This document shows positions 42,611 to 52,839 of a DNA stretch of 64,000 nucleotides, piece after piece. The position numbers were made by a program, and so were the translations under genes. Source of the stretch: an uncultured Oscillospiraceae bacterium. Its GTDB lineage: Bacteria; Bacillota; Clostridia; Oscillospirales; Oscillospiraceae. The stretch spans positions 5,179 through 69,178 of the forward strand of contig CANRLF010000002.1 of the NCBI GenBank assembly GCA_947631395.1, in the 5' to 3' direction. How positions within the stretch are numbered: the stretch's first letter is position 1; each line of letters begins with the position of its first letter. Below the pieces are notes generated by a model that worked only from the letters and a program-made list of their open reading frames with translations, searched no databases and had not been told where the DNA came from.

Positions 42611-44620
42611 TTAGATGCCCAGCTGTATCCAGAGGTTATTGTAGAAGGCTCTGGTGGGGCGGGGGAGGACGATGTACATCTCGCACCGGTCAAGGACCTC
42701 CTGGGGGGCGGCCATGATCTCATAGATCTCGGGGTCCAGCTCCTCGCCGTACTGCTCCTCATACCAGGCGGGATACTGCTCCAGGGCCTCGGTGTTGGGG
42801 CTGGCGTACCAGATGTAGTCCATGTTCCGGAGGTTGGAGTCAGTGGAGGCGATGAAGTTTATCCACTTCATGGCGTTATCGAAGTTGGGGGCGTCCTTGA
42901 GGACGCACATGGCGTCCACGAACCAGTTGGAGCCCTCCTCGGGGACAACGAACTTCAGGTCCTCGTTGTTCTCCAGCATGGACAGGTAATCGCCGGCGTA
43001 GTAGGTGGCGATGGCGGCGTTGCCGCCCTCCATGGCCTGAAAGACCTCGTCCATGACCTTGCCCTGGAACACGCCCCGGTCATTGGCGTCGGCCACCAGC
43101 TCATAGGCCGCGCGTATCTCGTCCTCATCGGTGGTGTTCACGGAGTAGCCCAGGTACTTGAGGGCTATGCCGAAGGCGTCACGGGAGTTGTTGATGAGCA
43201 GGACCTGGCCGGCGTTGGAGTCGTCATAGAGGGAGGACCAGCTTGTTATATCCCCGTCAACCATGGTGGAGTTGTAGATTATGCCAACGGTGCCCCAGGT
43301 GTAGGGGACGGTGTACTTGTTCTCCGGGTCATAGGGTAGATTGCGGAAGCGCGGGTCGATCTTCTCAAAATTCGGTATCTGGGAGTAGTCCAGCTCCTCC
43401 AGCATACCCTCCTCGATAAGCTGGCTTATCATGTAGTCCGAGGGCACCACCACGTCGTAGTCCGCGCCGCCGGATTTCAAGAGGGAATAGAGGGTCTCGT
43501 TGGAGTCGGTGGTCTGGTAATTTACCCGGATGCCGGTCTCGGCCTCAAACTCGTCGATGAGGTCCTCGTCGATATACTCGCCCCAGGAGCAGACGTTCAC
43601 GACAGGGCGGCTCTGGGTGAAGGCGGTGAGGAAGCCCACGGTGCCGATGAATATGACGCAGGTGACAGCCGCGGTGAGGCGCCTTGCCAGCTTCCCGCGG
43701 GGAGTGGTGAGCCACGCCTTGAAACGCTCCACACGGGGATTTTCCCGGACGGGCTCAAAGGACGCCCTCCTGGCGTTCAGCCGGGCCTGCTTGGCCGAGC
43801 GGATGTTGTTGATGATGAGGACGATGAGCACCGCTAAGAACATGAGGGTGCTGACGGCGTTCACCACCGGGGTCACCCGCTTTTTCGTCATGCCGTATAT
43901 GGTCATGGGCAGGGTCTGGGTGGCGGAGCCCGCGGTGAAGTAGCTTATGACGAAGTCGTCCACCGACATGGTGAAGGCTATCAGCGCGCCGGATACGATA
44001 CCGGGCTTTATCTCGGGCAGGATCACCTTGAAAAACGCCTGCATCCAGGTGCAACCCAGGTCCTGGGCCGCGTCCACCAGGTTTTTGTCCATCTGACGCA
44101 GCCTGGGGGCCACGTTGAGGATGACATAGGGGATATTGAAGGACACGTGGGCGATTATCAGCGTGGTCAGGCCCAGGGTCATGCGGGTGGGGAATTTTAT
44201 AAGGCTCTGCCAGGAGTTGAGCCACCGGGCGATGCCGCCCCAGCCGTGGAAGAAGGCCACAAAGAACAGGCAAAGGGAGATACCGGTCACGATGTCCGCG
44301 TTCATCATGGGGATGTCGTTGACGACTAAAATGGGGTCGCGCCACTTTTTCGTGAGGCTGTATATGCCGATGGCGGCGAAGGTCCCCGCCACAGTGGCGA
44401 TGGCCGTGGACAGGAGGGAGACAAGGAGCGTCGTGGCGAGGCTCTCTATGACCAGCCTGTTGTGGAAGAGCTCACCGTACCAGTGGAGGGAGAAGCCCTG
44501 CCACACGGCGGAGGACTCGCCGGCGTTGAAGCTGAAGAAGATCAGCAGGAATATTGGCAGGTACAGGAAGAGGAAGCACAGGCCGATAAGACTGCGTCCT
44601 CCGAAGCCGTTTTTCTTCAT
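42611..44620 (-). CDS. Spermidine/putrescine ABC transporter permease PotC fused to the substrate-binding protein PotD
   Basis: The N-terminal ~270 aa is a PotC-type permease (EAA-like loop DAAQDLGCTWMQAFFKVILP). A linker with an extra TM (LTAAVTCVIFIGTVGFLTAF) follows. The C-terminal ~360 aa is PotD-like (VCSWGEYIDEDLIDEFEAETGIRVNY..PYTWGTVGIIYN). Confidence 0.85.
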   Translation of the reverse strand: MKKNGFGGRSLIGLCFLFLYLPIFLLIFFSFNAGESSAVWQGFSLHWYGELFHNRLVIESLATTLLVSLLSTAIATVAGTFAAIGIYSLTKKWRDPILVVNDIPMMNADIVTGISLCLFFVAFFHGWGGIARWLNSWQSLIKFPTRMTLGLTTLIIAHVSFNIPYVILNVAPRLRQMDKNLVDAAQDLGCTWMQAFFKVILPEIKPGIVSGALIAFTMSVDDFVISYFTAGSATQTLPMTIYGMTKKRVTPVVNAVSTLMFLAVLIVLIINNIRSAKQARLNARRASFEPVRENPRVERFKAWLTTPRGKLARRLTAAVTCVIFIGTVGFLTAFTQSRPVVNVCSWGEYIDEDLIDEFEAETGIRVNYQTTDSNETLYSLLKSGGADYDVVVPSDYMISQLIEEGMLEELDYSQIPNFEKIDPRFRNLPYDPENKYTVPYTWGTVGIIYNSTMVDGDITSWSSLYDDSNAGQVLLINNSRDAFGIALKYLGYSVNTTDEDEIRAAYELVADANDRGVFQGKVMDEVFQAMEGGNAAIATYYAGDYLSMLENNEDLKFVVPEEGSNWFVDAMCVLKDAPNFDNAMKWINFIASTDSNLRNMDYIWYASPNTEALEQYPAWYEEQYGEELDPEIYEIMAAPQEVLDRCEMYIVLPRPTRAFYNNLWIQLGI

Positions 44621-45495
44621 CAGAGCATCATCGCCTCCTCCCCACCGTCGCCGAAGTGGTTCATAACCACCATGCAGATAAGGACGATGACCATCATTAC
44701 CATGGATATGGCCGCACCAAGGTGCGGGTTATAGGCACCGCCAAGGAACTGGTTCTCGATGAGATCGCCGAGCATGGTCTGCTTGCCGCCGCCAAGAAGC
44801 CGGGATATGGCGAAGGTGGACACCGAGGGCACGAAAACCATGGTGACGCCGGAAACTATGCCCGACAGGGAGAGGGGCAGGGTCACGCGCCTGAACACCG
44901 TGGCGGAGTTGGCGCCCAGGTCCGCCGCGGCCTCAATAAGGCGGTTATCCAGCTTAACGAGCACGGTGTAGATGGGCAGTATCATAAAGGGCAGGTAGTT
45001 ATAGACCATGCCAAGGACCACGGCGCCGGAGGTCCTGATCATCTGGAAGTGGTCAATATCACTTCCGGTCAGGCGGTTATAGAGTGAGATTATGCCGAGC
45101 TTCGCGAAGAGCTGGTTCAAAAGGCCGTTATTTTCCAGGATAGCCATCCAGGAGTAAGTCCGAAGCAGGAAGTTCATCCACATGGGTAGCATTATGAGGG
45201 CCATTGCCACCCGCTGAAAGCCGGGGCCCTCGCGGCTCATAAGGTACGCCACAGGGTAGCCGATGAAGAGGCATATCACCGTGGCGATGAAGGCCAGCCA
45301 GAAGGACCGCCCGAACACGCCGGCGTACAGGGCCATGCCCGTGAAGTTCTCAAGGGAGCCCTGAAGGACCTCGCCGTCGGCGGTCTCCACCGGGACGGTG
45401 AGGGAGTAGATGAGCACGATGATGATGGGGATCACCACGAAAATCGCCATCCAGATCACATAGGGGACTGCGAAAAGGGAGCGTTTATTCTTCAT
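44620..45495 (-). CDS. potB: Spermidine/putrescine ABC transporter permease PotB
   Basis: Six-TM binding-protein-dependent permease with EAA loop ([21 protein letters not shown]). The ATG at 45495 has a GGAGGG RBS; the track ORF begins 30 nt further upstream. Confidence 0.9.
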   Translation of the reverse strand: MKNKRSLFAVPYVIWMAIFVVIPIIIVLIYSLTVPVETADGEVLQGSLENFTGMALYAGVFGRSFWLAFIATVICLFIGYPVAYLMSREGPGFQRVAMALIMLPMWMNFLLRTYSWMAILENNGLLNQLFAKLGIISLYNRLTGSDIDHFQMIRTSGAVVLGMVYNYLPFMILPIYTVLVKLDNRLIEAAADLGANSATVFRRVTLPLSLSGIVSGVTMVFVPSVSTFAISRLLGGGKQTMLGDLIENQFLGGAYNPHLGAAISMVMMVIVLICMVVMNHFGDGGEEAMML

Positions 45496-46672
45496 CTTCC
45501 CCGCCCTCCGCGCTCTCCTCATCAATGAGGGTGGGGTCGTTTATCTCGTCGTACTCCTCGGAGTAGGAGGAATAGTCCCCGAACATGCCGGAGTACTTGC
45601 TCTTTTTCATAACGTGTATCCCGTCGGGGTCGATCTTTATGCCTATCCGGCTGTCCACGGGGCAGTAGTCGGTGGTCTCGATGAGCCACTTAAAGCCGTA
45701 GAAGTCAACTATGGTGTCATAGTGGACGCCCTTGAAGGTGACGGAGGTCACAACGCCCTTCAGCTGTCCCTCGGCCTCGGAGACGATGTCCACGTCCTCG
45801 GGCCTTATGACCACGTCCACGGGCTCATCCTTCTCAAATCCTCCGTCAAGGCAGGCAAAGCGACGGTTGAATATCTCCACCACGCCGTCGGCGCGCATTA
45901 TGCCGTCGACGATGTTGCTCTCGCCGATGAAGTCCGCCACGAAGGCGTTCTTGGGCTCGTTATATATGTCCTCCGGGGTCCCTATTTGCTGTATGACGCC
46001 CTCGTTCATAACCACCACGGTGTCGGACATGGCCAGGGCCTCCTCCTGATCGTGGGTCACGTTTATGAAGGTTATGCCCATCTGTTGCTGGATGCGCTTG
46101 AGCTCCTGCTGCATGTCCTTGCGAAGGCGCATGTCAAGAGCGCCAAGGGGCTCGTCAAGCAACAGGACCTTGGGGCGGTTCACAAGGGCGCGGGCTATGG
46201 CCACGCGCTGCTGCTGGCCGCCGGAGAGGGAGGCGATGGAGCGGTGCTCAAAGCCCTTCAGGGACACCACCTCAAGCATCTCCCGGACGCGCCGGTCCAC
46301 CTCGTCGCGGGGAAGCTTCACCTTCTGCTTCTTGCCGTCCGGTCCCTCGGCCTCACGGGGTATGCGCAGGCCGAAGGCAACGTTGTCATAGACGTTCAGA
46401 TGGGGGAAAAGGGCGTATTTCTGGAACACCGTATTCACCTGCCGCAGGTGCGGAGGAACGTCGTTTATCCTCACACCGTCAAAGAGCACATCACCGCTGG
46501 TCGGCGTCTGGAAGCCGCCGATTATACGGAGCATGGTGGTCTTGCCACAGCCAGATGGCCCAAGAAGTGTGAGAAATTCCTTGTCGTTGAAGTAGATGTT
46601 TATGTCCTTCAGGACGGTCTCGCCGTCGAAGGTCATGGTCACGTCTTTGAGACGTATGAGTTCTTTGGACAT
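45485..46672 (-). CDS. potA: Spermidine/putrescine ABC transporter ATP-binding protein PotA, with an acidic C-terminal tail
   Basis: Walker [10 protein letters not shown], signature [15 protein letters not shown], Walker [16 protein letters not shown]-like C-terminal domain, then ..[12 protein letters not shown]. Confidence 0.95.
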   Translation of the reverse strand: MSKELIRLKDVTMTFDGETVLKDINIYFNDKEFLTLLGPSGCGKTTMLRIIGGFQTPTSGDVLFDGVRINDVPPHLRQVNTVFQKYALFPHLNVYDNVAFGLRIPREAEGPDGKKQKVKLPRDEVDRRVREMLEVVSLKGFEHRSIASLSGGQQQRVAIARALVNRPKVLLLDEPLGALDMRLRKDMQQELKRIQQQMGITFINVTHDQEEALAMSDTVVVMNEGVIQQIGTPEDIYNEPKNAFVADFIGESNIVDGIMRADGVVEIFNRRFACLDGGFEKDEPVDVVIRPEDVDIVSEAEGQLKGVVTSVTFKGVHYDTIVDFYGFKWLIETTDYCPVDSRIGIKIDPDGIHVMKKSKYSGMFGDYSSYSEEYDEINDPTLIDEESAEGGEDEE

Positions 46673-46774
46673 TATCCTCCCCCTCTTTTCGCGACCGCAA
46701 GCACGGCCGAACAGATTAGTAAATCCGTGAAGACCCCCAGCTTCAAACCAAGACTCCTCACGGATATCGAAATA

Positions 46775-46803
46775 AATATACAGATTAAATAACCTGTTGT
46801 CAA
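46775..46803 (-). promoter_or_regulatory. Promoter of the pot operon
   Basis: Minus strand TTGACA (46803-46798), 17-nt spacer, TATATT (46780-46775). This implies a 5' UTR of roughly 95 nt containing a 9-bp stem (CCGTGAGGA / TCTTCACGG). Confidence 0.55.
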
Positions 46804-46931
46804 TAAATATTTGAGTGGTTTACGATTTTTTTCGACAAGAACGGGAATTTGCCGTCACGACCGGCAAAAATAAGTTAAATTAACGAACCGAACGTGAGAA
46901 GATTTGAAAACAGGGGGAATTGGAAAGGCTA

Positions 46932-46959
46932 TTGAAAAATCGGGAAAATATAGTACAAT
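46932..46959 (+). promoter_or_regulatory. Candidate promoter of the first WG-repeat/SLH gene
   Basis: TTGAAA (46932-46937), 16-nt spacer, TACAAT (46954-46959). Confidence 0.45.
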
Positions 46960-47013
46960 AGTGCTGTCGACCCGCGCCGGGAGCCCGGGCGCAAAGCAAA
47001 AGGAGAGGAAACC

Positions 47014-48945
47014 ATGAGAAAACGCGTCTTATCACTTGCGCTGGCTATGTTGCTGGCGCTGGCCGTGGCGGTACCGGCTATGGCCGATGAGCAGACACCG
47101 AGCGTCACAGTCAGCACACTTATCGGGGCGAGATATGAGGACGCCGGCGTCTTTACCGACGGCATGGCTCCGGTGAAGAGCAACGGAAAATGGGGCTGTA
47201 TCGACGAGATGGGCAGGGTCGTTGTGCCATTCAACTACACGTTTATCCACAACTTCAGCGATAACGTGGCGGTGGCTGTGACCGAGAGCGCCAGTGAAAA
47301 CTACATCAGATACAAATATTGGCTCCTCAAGAAGGACGGTTCAAGAGTACCGCTCACGTATTTCGAGGAGTATGAGGCCGTGACGCAACAGTACAAAAAA
47401 GCATGGTATCCGGAGGATGGATCATATGATTTCAAAAATGAGGCAGCGTACGCGTATGACGGCGTTCTGGCTTTCGGCGGGCGTGCCTTTAATACAAATA
47501 CCGGCAAGGCTATCGAGATCAATAAGAGCGATCTTGACGCCCTGTTTAAAAGGGCGAAGCAATATTTTGGGTCAGATGAGAGCCCGGATTTCTATTATGT
47601 CACGGCTAACGGCAACCCTTGTGTTGACGGGATTATCCCTATGTGTATCGAATCTTCTGATGTATGGGCATGTGTTCTGGTGAACAAGGACGGACATATC
47701 GTTAAGGATTATATTGACAAGATCAACATGGTGAAAAACAGCGACGGTTGGGGCTACGACAAGCTTGAGGTGCTCGATAGACTCACGGCGCCAAAGGACG
47801 GGCTTGTTGTCGCGGCCATGTATGACGTGCTTTATGATACATATAAATTCGGGGCGTTTGATTACGCCACCGGGGACTGGGTCATAAAGCCGACTTACAG
47901 TGGCTTCCGCTATTATCTTAGCGGCACCTTCTTCAGCAACGGCCTGTGGATAGTTCAGAACGAGGCCGGTCTGTACGGCGCCGTGGATAAGAAAGGCAAT
48001 GTGGTGATACCCTTCAAGTACGATTTCCTGAATGTATTCAACCAGGGCCTTGCCGCGGCCTCAAAGGACGGCGAGTGGTTCTATATCGACACCTTCGGCA
48101 ACCGCTATGATGTCGGCCTTCCCGGCGGCGGTGTGGCGACGGATATTGCGGTGGCCAACTCCTTCAGCGATTTGGGAGTGGCCCTGGTGTATGACCGTGG
48201 CACCGACGAGGCGTACCTGGTCATGGACACCCCCGTCAACGGGGTCCTGCCGGCGATCAAGGGCAGTGAGGGCGTTTCCATCAGTACATATTTCCCCAAC
48301 TATGACGGTACCATAGAGAGCTTATCGACAACCAACAACGTTGACGAGATAGTGGCCTTTGAGGATAACGGCAAGTACGGCTTCTATAAGCTGGACTTCG
48401 ACCTTGAGGGCGCAAACCCCTATGACGACGTGCTTCCCGGCGCGTGGTACTATGAGCCCATCATGTGGTCCGTGAGGGAGAACATCACCGAACCCGCCAG
48501 CGAGACCGAGTATGATGTGATCTCCAGCTCCCCCAGGAGCGACATAATCATTTCCCTGTGGCGGGCCGCCGGGATGCAGGAGCCCACGCTGACAGAGAAC
48601 CCATTCAACGACCTGAAGGAGACCGACGAGTGCTACAAGGCGGCGCTCTGGGCATATGAGAATAAGATCACCACAGGCACCGGCGGCGGGAACTTCAGCC
48701 CGGATATGCTGGTCAGCCGCGAGCAGATCGTGACCTTCCTCTGGAGGGCCGACGGAGAGACCCCGGTGACCTCGGGCGAGACCTTCTCCGACGTGAAGGC
48801 CGACGATTACTTCGCTGAGGCTGTCCGGTGGGCGGTGAAGGAGAAGATCGCCAAGGGCACAGGCGGAGGACTGTTCAGCCCGAAAAAGAACTGCACCAGA
48901 GGCGAGCTCGTGACCTTCCTTTACAGGCAGTTTGCGGAAGATTAA
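47014..48945 (+). CDS. Secreted WG-repeat (KWG-type) protein with C-terminal SLH domains
   Basis: Signal peptide (MRKRVLSLALAMLLALAVAVPAMA). WG-type repeats (VKSNGKWGCIDEMGRVVVPFNY, GLYGAVDKKGNVVIPFKYDF, DGEWFYIDTFGN, NGKYGFYKLD). C-terminal SLH-like repeats (FNDLKETDECYKAALWAYENKITTGTGGGNFSP, FSDVKADDYFAEAVRWAVKEKIAKGTGGGLFSP). Confidence 0.8.
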   Translation: MRKRVLSLALAMLLALAVAVPAMADEQTPSVTVSTLIGARYEDAGVFTDGMAPVKSNGKWGCIDEMGRVVVPFNYTFIHNFSDNVAVAVTESASENYIRYKYWLLKKDGSRVPLTYFEEYEAVTQQYKKAWYPEDGSYDFKNEAAYAYDGVLAFGGRAFNTNTGKAIEINKSDLDALFKRAKQYFGSDESPDFYYVTANGNPCVDGIIPMCIESSDVWACVLVNKDGHIVKDYIDKINMVKNSDGWGYDKLEVLDRLTAPKDGLVVAAMYDVLYDTYKFGAFDYATGDWVIKPTYSGFRYYLSGTFFSNGLWIVQNEAGLYGAVDKKGNVVIPFKYDFLNVFNQGLAAASKDGEWFYIDTFGNRYDVGLPGGGVATDIAVANSFSDLGVALVYDRGTDEAYLVMDTPVNGVLPAIKGSEGVSISTYFPNYDGTIESLSTTNNVDEIVAFEDNGKYGFYKLDFDLEGANPYDDVLPGAWYYEPIMWSVRENITEPASETEYDVISSSPRSDIIISLWRAAGMQEPTLTENPFNDLKETDECYKAALWAYENKITTGTGGGNFSPDMLVSREQIVTFLWRADGETPVTSGETFSDVKADDYFAEAVRWAVKEKIAKGTGGGLFSPKKNCTRGELVTFLYRQFAED

Positions 48946-48987
48946 GTGCCGCATACCGACCGTAGAGTCACACCCTTGAAAAGATGT

Positions 48988-49014
48988 ATCCCCGCCGCTT
49001 TTAGCGGCGGGGAT
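48988..49014. terminator. Bidirectional terminator between convergent genes
   Basis: ATCCCCGCCGC (48988-48998) / GCGGCGGGGAT (49004-49014). Confidence 0.8.
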
Positions 49015-49017
49015 ATT

Positions 49018-50007
49018 TTAAAAATATTTGGCGACAAAATCGGGATCGGGAAGCGTGAAGGAGCGGCCTGAGAGGTAATTTAATATACCGGCGTCGGTAC
49101 TGAAGGAAAATACGAGCTTATAGGAGCAGAGCGCCTGACCGGGAAGGTCCGGGGATCTGCCGTCACGGCCGTACTTGCCGTCCCCCAAAAGGGGGTGGCC
49201 GGCGTGGGAAAGCTGTGCTCTTATCTGGTGGGTGCGGCCGGTGAGGAGCTCGCATTCGATGAGCGACAGGCCGTCTTTGCATTTCAGGGTCCTATACCGT
49301 GTTCTGGCGGACCTGGCCCCCGGCTCGGGCTTTTCCCGGACGTAGACGCGGTTTTTTACGGAGTCTTTGAATATATATCCAGACAGCTCGCCGTCGGGGG
49401 GCTCCATCCTCCCGTGGACGGCGGCCAGGTAGTACTTGTCTATCTCGCGGTTTTTTATCTTCTCATCCATGATCCTGAGAGACTCGGCGTTTTTGGCGGC
49501 GATCACGAGGCCCTGGGTGTTCCGGTCTATCCTGTTGCACAGGGCCGGGGCGAAGGAGTTCTCTGCCTTTGGGTCCCACTGGCCGGACTTATACAGATAC
49601 GCCTTTATGTTGGAAATGAGGGTGTTGTACTCTCCGGCATCGCCGGCGTGGCAGAGCACCCCGGCGGGCTTGCTGGCCAGGAGGATATTTTCGTCCTCAT
49701 ATACCACTTCGACTCTCGGGGTGTTTATCCTGAGCCAGGCGTTCTCCTCCGTGGGCTTTTCAAAAAACTCATCGTTTATATACATTGAGACCCTGTCGCC
49801 GACGGCGAGCCTCACGTCGCGCTTGGCGCCCTTGCCGTTGAGCTTTATCCGCTTTAGGCGTATATATTTTTGCAGCAACGCCTCCGGCAGCAGCGGTACG
49901 GCCTTGGACACGAACCGGTCCAGCCGCTGGCCGGCGTCGTTTTGGTTGATAGTAAATTCCTTCAATGTGGGGTCATCCTTCCGAAGAGCTACTTTTGGCA
50001 TTGCCAT
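49018..50007 (-). CDS. RluA-family 23S rRNA pseudouridine synthase with N-terminal S4 domain (RluD/RluC-like)
   Basis: S4 region (RLDRFVSKAVPLLPEALLQKYIRLKRIKLNG), catalytic motif ALCNRIDRNTQGLVIAAK, and GRTHQIRAQL. The ATG at 50007 (MAMPKV..) was chosen; the track ORF extends to 50133 through an unlikely hydrophobic leader. Confidence 0.85.
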   Translation of the reverse strand: MAMPKVALRKDDPTLKEFTINQNDAGQRLDRFVSKAVPLLPEALLQKYIRLKRIKLNGKGAKRDVRLAVGDRVSMYINDEFFEKPTEENAWLRINTPRVEVVYEDENILLASKPAGVLCHAGDAGEYNTLISNIKAYLYKSGQWDPKAENSFAPALCNRIDRNTQGLVIAAKNAESLRIMDEKIKNREIDKYYLAAVHGRMEPPDGELSGYIFKDSVKNRVYVREKPEPGARSARTRYRTLKCKDGLSLIECELLTGRTHQIRAQLSHAGHPLLGDGKYGRDGRSPDLPGQALCSYKLVFSFSTDAGILNYLSGRSFTLPDPDFVAKYF

Positions 50008-50168
50008 AAAGCTCAAAAAACTCTTGCCAACTAAGATAAAATGCGGTAAAATAAACACGAGAAAAACAAAATAGCGGCGGAGTGAAGGGGATTGCGGCCC
50101 CTTCACTCCTGCGCGGGTGTCGTAGCCACCCACACAACAGAATTACTCTGCACCATGTCTATTTTAAC

Positions 50169-50196
50169 TTGTAGCTTGAATTTTTGCAAGTATAAT
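50169..50196 (+). promoter_or_regulatory. Candidate promoter of the second WG-repeat/SLH gene
   Basis: TTGTAG (50169-50174), 16-nt spacer, TATAAT (50191-50196). The leader of roughly 150 nt contains a 9-bp stem (ATACCGGGG / CCCCGGTAT). Confidence 0.4.
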
Positions 50197-50352
50197 TAGG
50201 CTCGTGTTGCTATGTTCGCGTGTGTGTCGGGGTCTCCTTGCCCGCCACGCGCGATTTTTGTTTTTTCTCACGGCAAAAAATACCGGGGGGAGCGGTCGCG
50301 CTTTCCCCGGTATGCCGGGAGGAAAAATCATTATTATCAAGGAGGAAAAGAC

Positions 50353-52149
50353 ATGAAAGCAAAAAAACGTATTTTGGCTATGACCCTCGCGCTCATACTC
50401 TGCGCGGCGGCCGCGACACCGGCCCTGGCGGCGGGAGGGAAAAAGCTCGATGTAAAATGGTTCGATGAAACGGTCGGTGAAGATTGTAGCCTGATTGACG
50501 CGAGCTACGTAAGAGAACTTGGAATATTATCCCTGTTTCTTGCCGACTCGAAAGGATGCAGAGCAATGAACATCGACGTGGCGACGGGACGCCAGACGGA
50601 CAAATACGGGGATTATTTCATCTATCCTTTCAAGGACGGCCGAACGCTGATAGGGGCTGTAGATAAAGATGTAGAGGTTATTGAGGCCTATGGCTATATG
50701 GACACCTCCGGAAAGCCGGTCCAAGAGCCCGTGTACTATGACGCGTCTTGCTTCTTCGACGGATATGCGGCGGTTTCCAAGTATACGGCCGACGAAGGTG
50801 CCAAATTCGGGTATATTGATTCCGACGGAAATGTGGCATATCCATTCGAGCTCAAGTATGCCGATATTTTCAGCGACGGAGCTGCCATCGTCCAGACTGA
50901 GGACGGCTACGGGGTCATGGACACAAAATTCAACTATCTTGTAGAGCCGGGGACATATAGATTCATCAACCCGTACTATGACGGCATAGCGGTCGTAATG
51001 GACAATAACTTGAAGTATGGCGCCATAGACACGACCGGCAAAGAGGTCATACCCTGCGAATACGATTCGATGAACTTTTGCTACGAAGGCCTTATTGCCG
51101 TGGGCAAAAGGGACGGGGCAAAGACGCTGAAATACGGATACGTGGACAAGAACGGAAAAACGGTTCTTCCTATCAAATATGACGACGCTGGAAATTTCAA
51201 CGAGGGCTACGCAACGGTCGACGAGGGCGATACCGTCAGCGTGATAGATAAGACCGGAAAAATCATATTCTCATTCTCCCAGAATGACTATGAGGGGTAT
51301 TGGACAAGTGTCAGTGAAGGCCGCGTACGGGTAGAGGTTTTCGAAAACGACAGATATTGGGTAACAATGCTCGATTTTACCGGCAAGGAGATCATGCCAA
51401 GGATCAGCTCCGTACGCATGAGCGGCTTCGACAGCGGTCTTGCTGTGGTCTATGGCGATGACGGTAATTATTACGTCGACCGGGACGGCAACATAGTTAT
51501 CGGGCCCGGTGACTATGACGATGTATGCTTTGCTTACAGTGACGGGACCTTAACTGAGGGCTACGGCACATATGTGGTCGTACTCAAGGACGGTAAGCTT
51601 GGGTATTTTGTGAACCCTTATTCAGACGAGGCTACCACTCCCGTAACTCCCGCCACTCCCACTACACCCACCTTCACTGACGTGCCTGAATGGTGCGCGG
51701 AGGCGGCGGAGTATATGGCGGAGCACAACCTGATGAACGGTACCGGCGCGGGGAAATTCTCACCCAACGTGACCACCACCCGCGGTATGCTTATGACGAT
51801 CCTTGCCCGGGCTGACGGCGTGGATACCGCCGGCGATCCCTGGTACAAGGTCGGTATGGAGTGGTGCGTGGGCGCCGAAATCTCCGACGGTAAGAGGCCC
51901 GAGGCAACTGTGACACGTCAGGAGATTGCCACCATGCTCTGGCGGTATTTTGATGAGCCCGCCTGCGACAAGACGCCGGACTTCCCCGACGTGGACTCAG
52001 TTGACAGTTGGGCCGTGACCGCCGTCAACTGGTGCGTGGACAATGGCATAATCAACGGAAACGACGGGCGCCTCAATCCCGACGGCCCCGCCACCCGCGC
52101 CGAGGCCGCAACCATGGTCTACCGCGCCCTTACTAAATTCGCTGTCTAA
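50353..52149 (+). CDS. Secreted WG-repeat protein with C-terminal SLH domains (paralog of 47014-48945)
   Basis: GGAGGAAAAG RBS. Signal peptide MKAKKRILAMTLALILCAAAATPALA. WG-type repeats (AKFGYIDSDGNVAYPFELKY, DGYGVMDTKFNYLVEP, LKYGAIDTTGKEVIPCEYD, LKYGYVDKNGKTVLPIKYD, GKLGYFVNP). SLH-like C-terminus (FTDVPEWCAEAAEYMAEHNLMNGTGAGKFSP, FPDVDSVDSWAVTAVNWCVDNGIINGNDGRLNP). Confidence 0.8.
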   Translation: MKAKKRILAMTLALILCAAAATPALAAGGKKLDVKWFDETVGEDCSLIDASYVRELGILSLFLADSKGCRAMNIDVATGRQTDKYGDYFIYPFKDGRTLIGAVDKDVEVIEAYGYMDTSGKPVQEPVYYDASCFFDGYAAVSKYTADEGAKFGYIDSDGNVAYPFELKYADIFSDGAAIVQTEDGYGVMDTKFNYLVEPGTYRFINPYYDGIAVVMDNNLKYGAIDTTGKEVIPCEYDSMNFCYEGLIAVGKRDGAKTLKYGYVDKNGKTVLPIKYDDAGNFNEGYATVDEGDTVSVIDKTGKIIFSFSQNDYEGYWTSVSEGRVRVEVFENDRYWVTMLDFTGKEIMPRISSVRMSGFDSGLAVVYGDDGNYYVDRDGNIVIGPGDYDDVCFAYSDGTLTEGYGTYVVVLKDGKLGYFVNPYSDEATTPVTPATPTTPTFTDVPEWCAEAAEYMAEHNLMNGTGAGKFSPNVTTTRGMLMTILARADGVDTAGDPWYKVGMEWCVGAEISDGKRPEATVTRQEIATMLWRYFDEPACDKTPDFPDVDSVDSWAVTAVNWCVDNGIINGNDGRLNPDGPATRAEAATMVYRALTKFAV

Positions 52150-52160
52150 ACAAGATATAA

Positions 52161-52199
52161 AAAAGGTGAGCCGTCTTATCGCGAGGCGGCTCGCCTTTT
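52161..52199 (+). terminator. Rho-independent terminator
   Basis: AAAAGGTGAGCCG (52161-52173) pairs with CGGCTCGCCTTTT (52187-52199), including one G-U pair; 13-nt loop. Confidence 0.6.
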
Positions 52200-52260
52200 A
52201 AATATGCGCGGTAACCGGCGAGAATTTCCCATCTTTTTTATTGTTGCTTTAAAAAACATA

Positions 52261-52289
52261 TTGACATTTTCGACTGGATTTATTATAAT
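52261..52289 (+). promoter_or_regulatory. Consensus sigma-A promoter for the YceD-like gene and rpmF
   Basis: TTGACA (52261-52266), 17-nt spacer, TATAAT (52284-52289). Confidence 0.7.
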
Positions 52290-52320
52290 ATCAAGGCGCG
52301 ACTTGGAAGGGGTGAGCTTT

Positions 52321-52818
52321 GTGAGGATGGATCTCAGGGAGCTTATCGCCTCGCCGGGGAAGAGCTTGGACTTTGAGTTTGAGCTTCCGGTGGAGGACCT
52401 TGACTTTGACGGGGTGCTGGAGTATCAGACGCCCATGACGGTCAGGGGGCGCGTGGAGAACCACGCGGGACTTTTAGAGGCGCGGTATGACATCAGCGCG
52501 GACATGCTTTGCCAGTGCGCCAGATGTCTAAAGGAGTTTTCAAGGACTTATCGGCTGGAGGGCGCCGCGTACCTCACCGAGGAGCTTGAGGACGAGGACA
52601 ACGCGGACTACTATCTCCTTGACGACGGCGTGGCCGATCTTACGGAGATAGCCAGAGACGCGGTGATCTTCGATTTTGAGCCGAGGCTCTTATGCAGGGA
52701 GGACTGCAAGGGACTCTGCTCCAAGTGCGGCAAGGATCTGAATGAGGGACCCTGCGATTGCGGGGATGACCCGGACCCCAGATGGCTCGCTTTAGGGCAG
52801 CTTCTGGAAAAAGAATGA
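52321..52818 (+). CDS. YceD/DUF177-family protein (large-ribosomal-subunit accumulation protein) preceding rpmF
   Basis: Conserved position upstream of rpmF. Cys clusters CQCARC .. CSKCGKDLNEGPCDC. Start is GTG 52321 or ATG 52327. Confidence 0.8.
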   Translation: MRMDLRELIASPGKSLDFEFELPVEDLDFDGVLEYQTPMTVRGRVENHAGLLEARYDISADMLCQCARCLKEFSRTYRLEGAAYLTEELEDEDNADYYLLDDGVADLTEIARDAVIFDFEPRLLCREDCKGLCSKCGKDLNEGPCDCGDDPDPRWLALGQLLEKE

Positions 52819-52839
52819 ATTTGCTTAGGAGGTGTCATT

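Noticed and set aside
45614-46792. 392-aa plus-strand ORF antisense to potA
   Set aside because: It is a shadow ORF of potA, which has clear Walker and signature motifs. It even runs through the pot promoter region.
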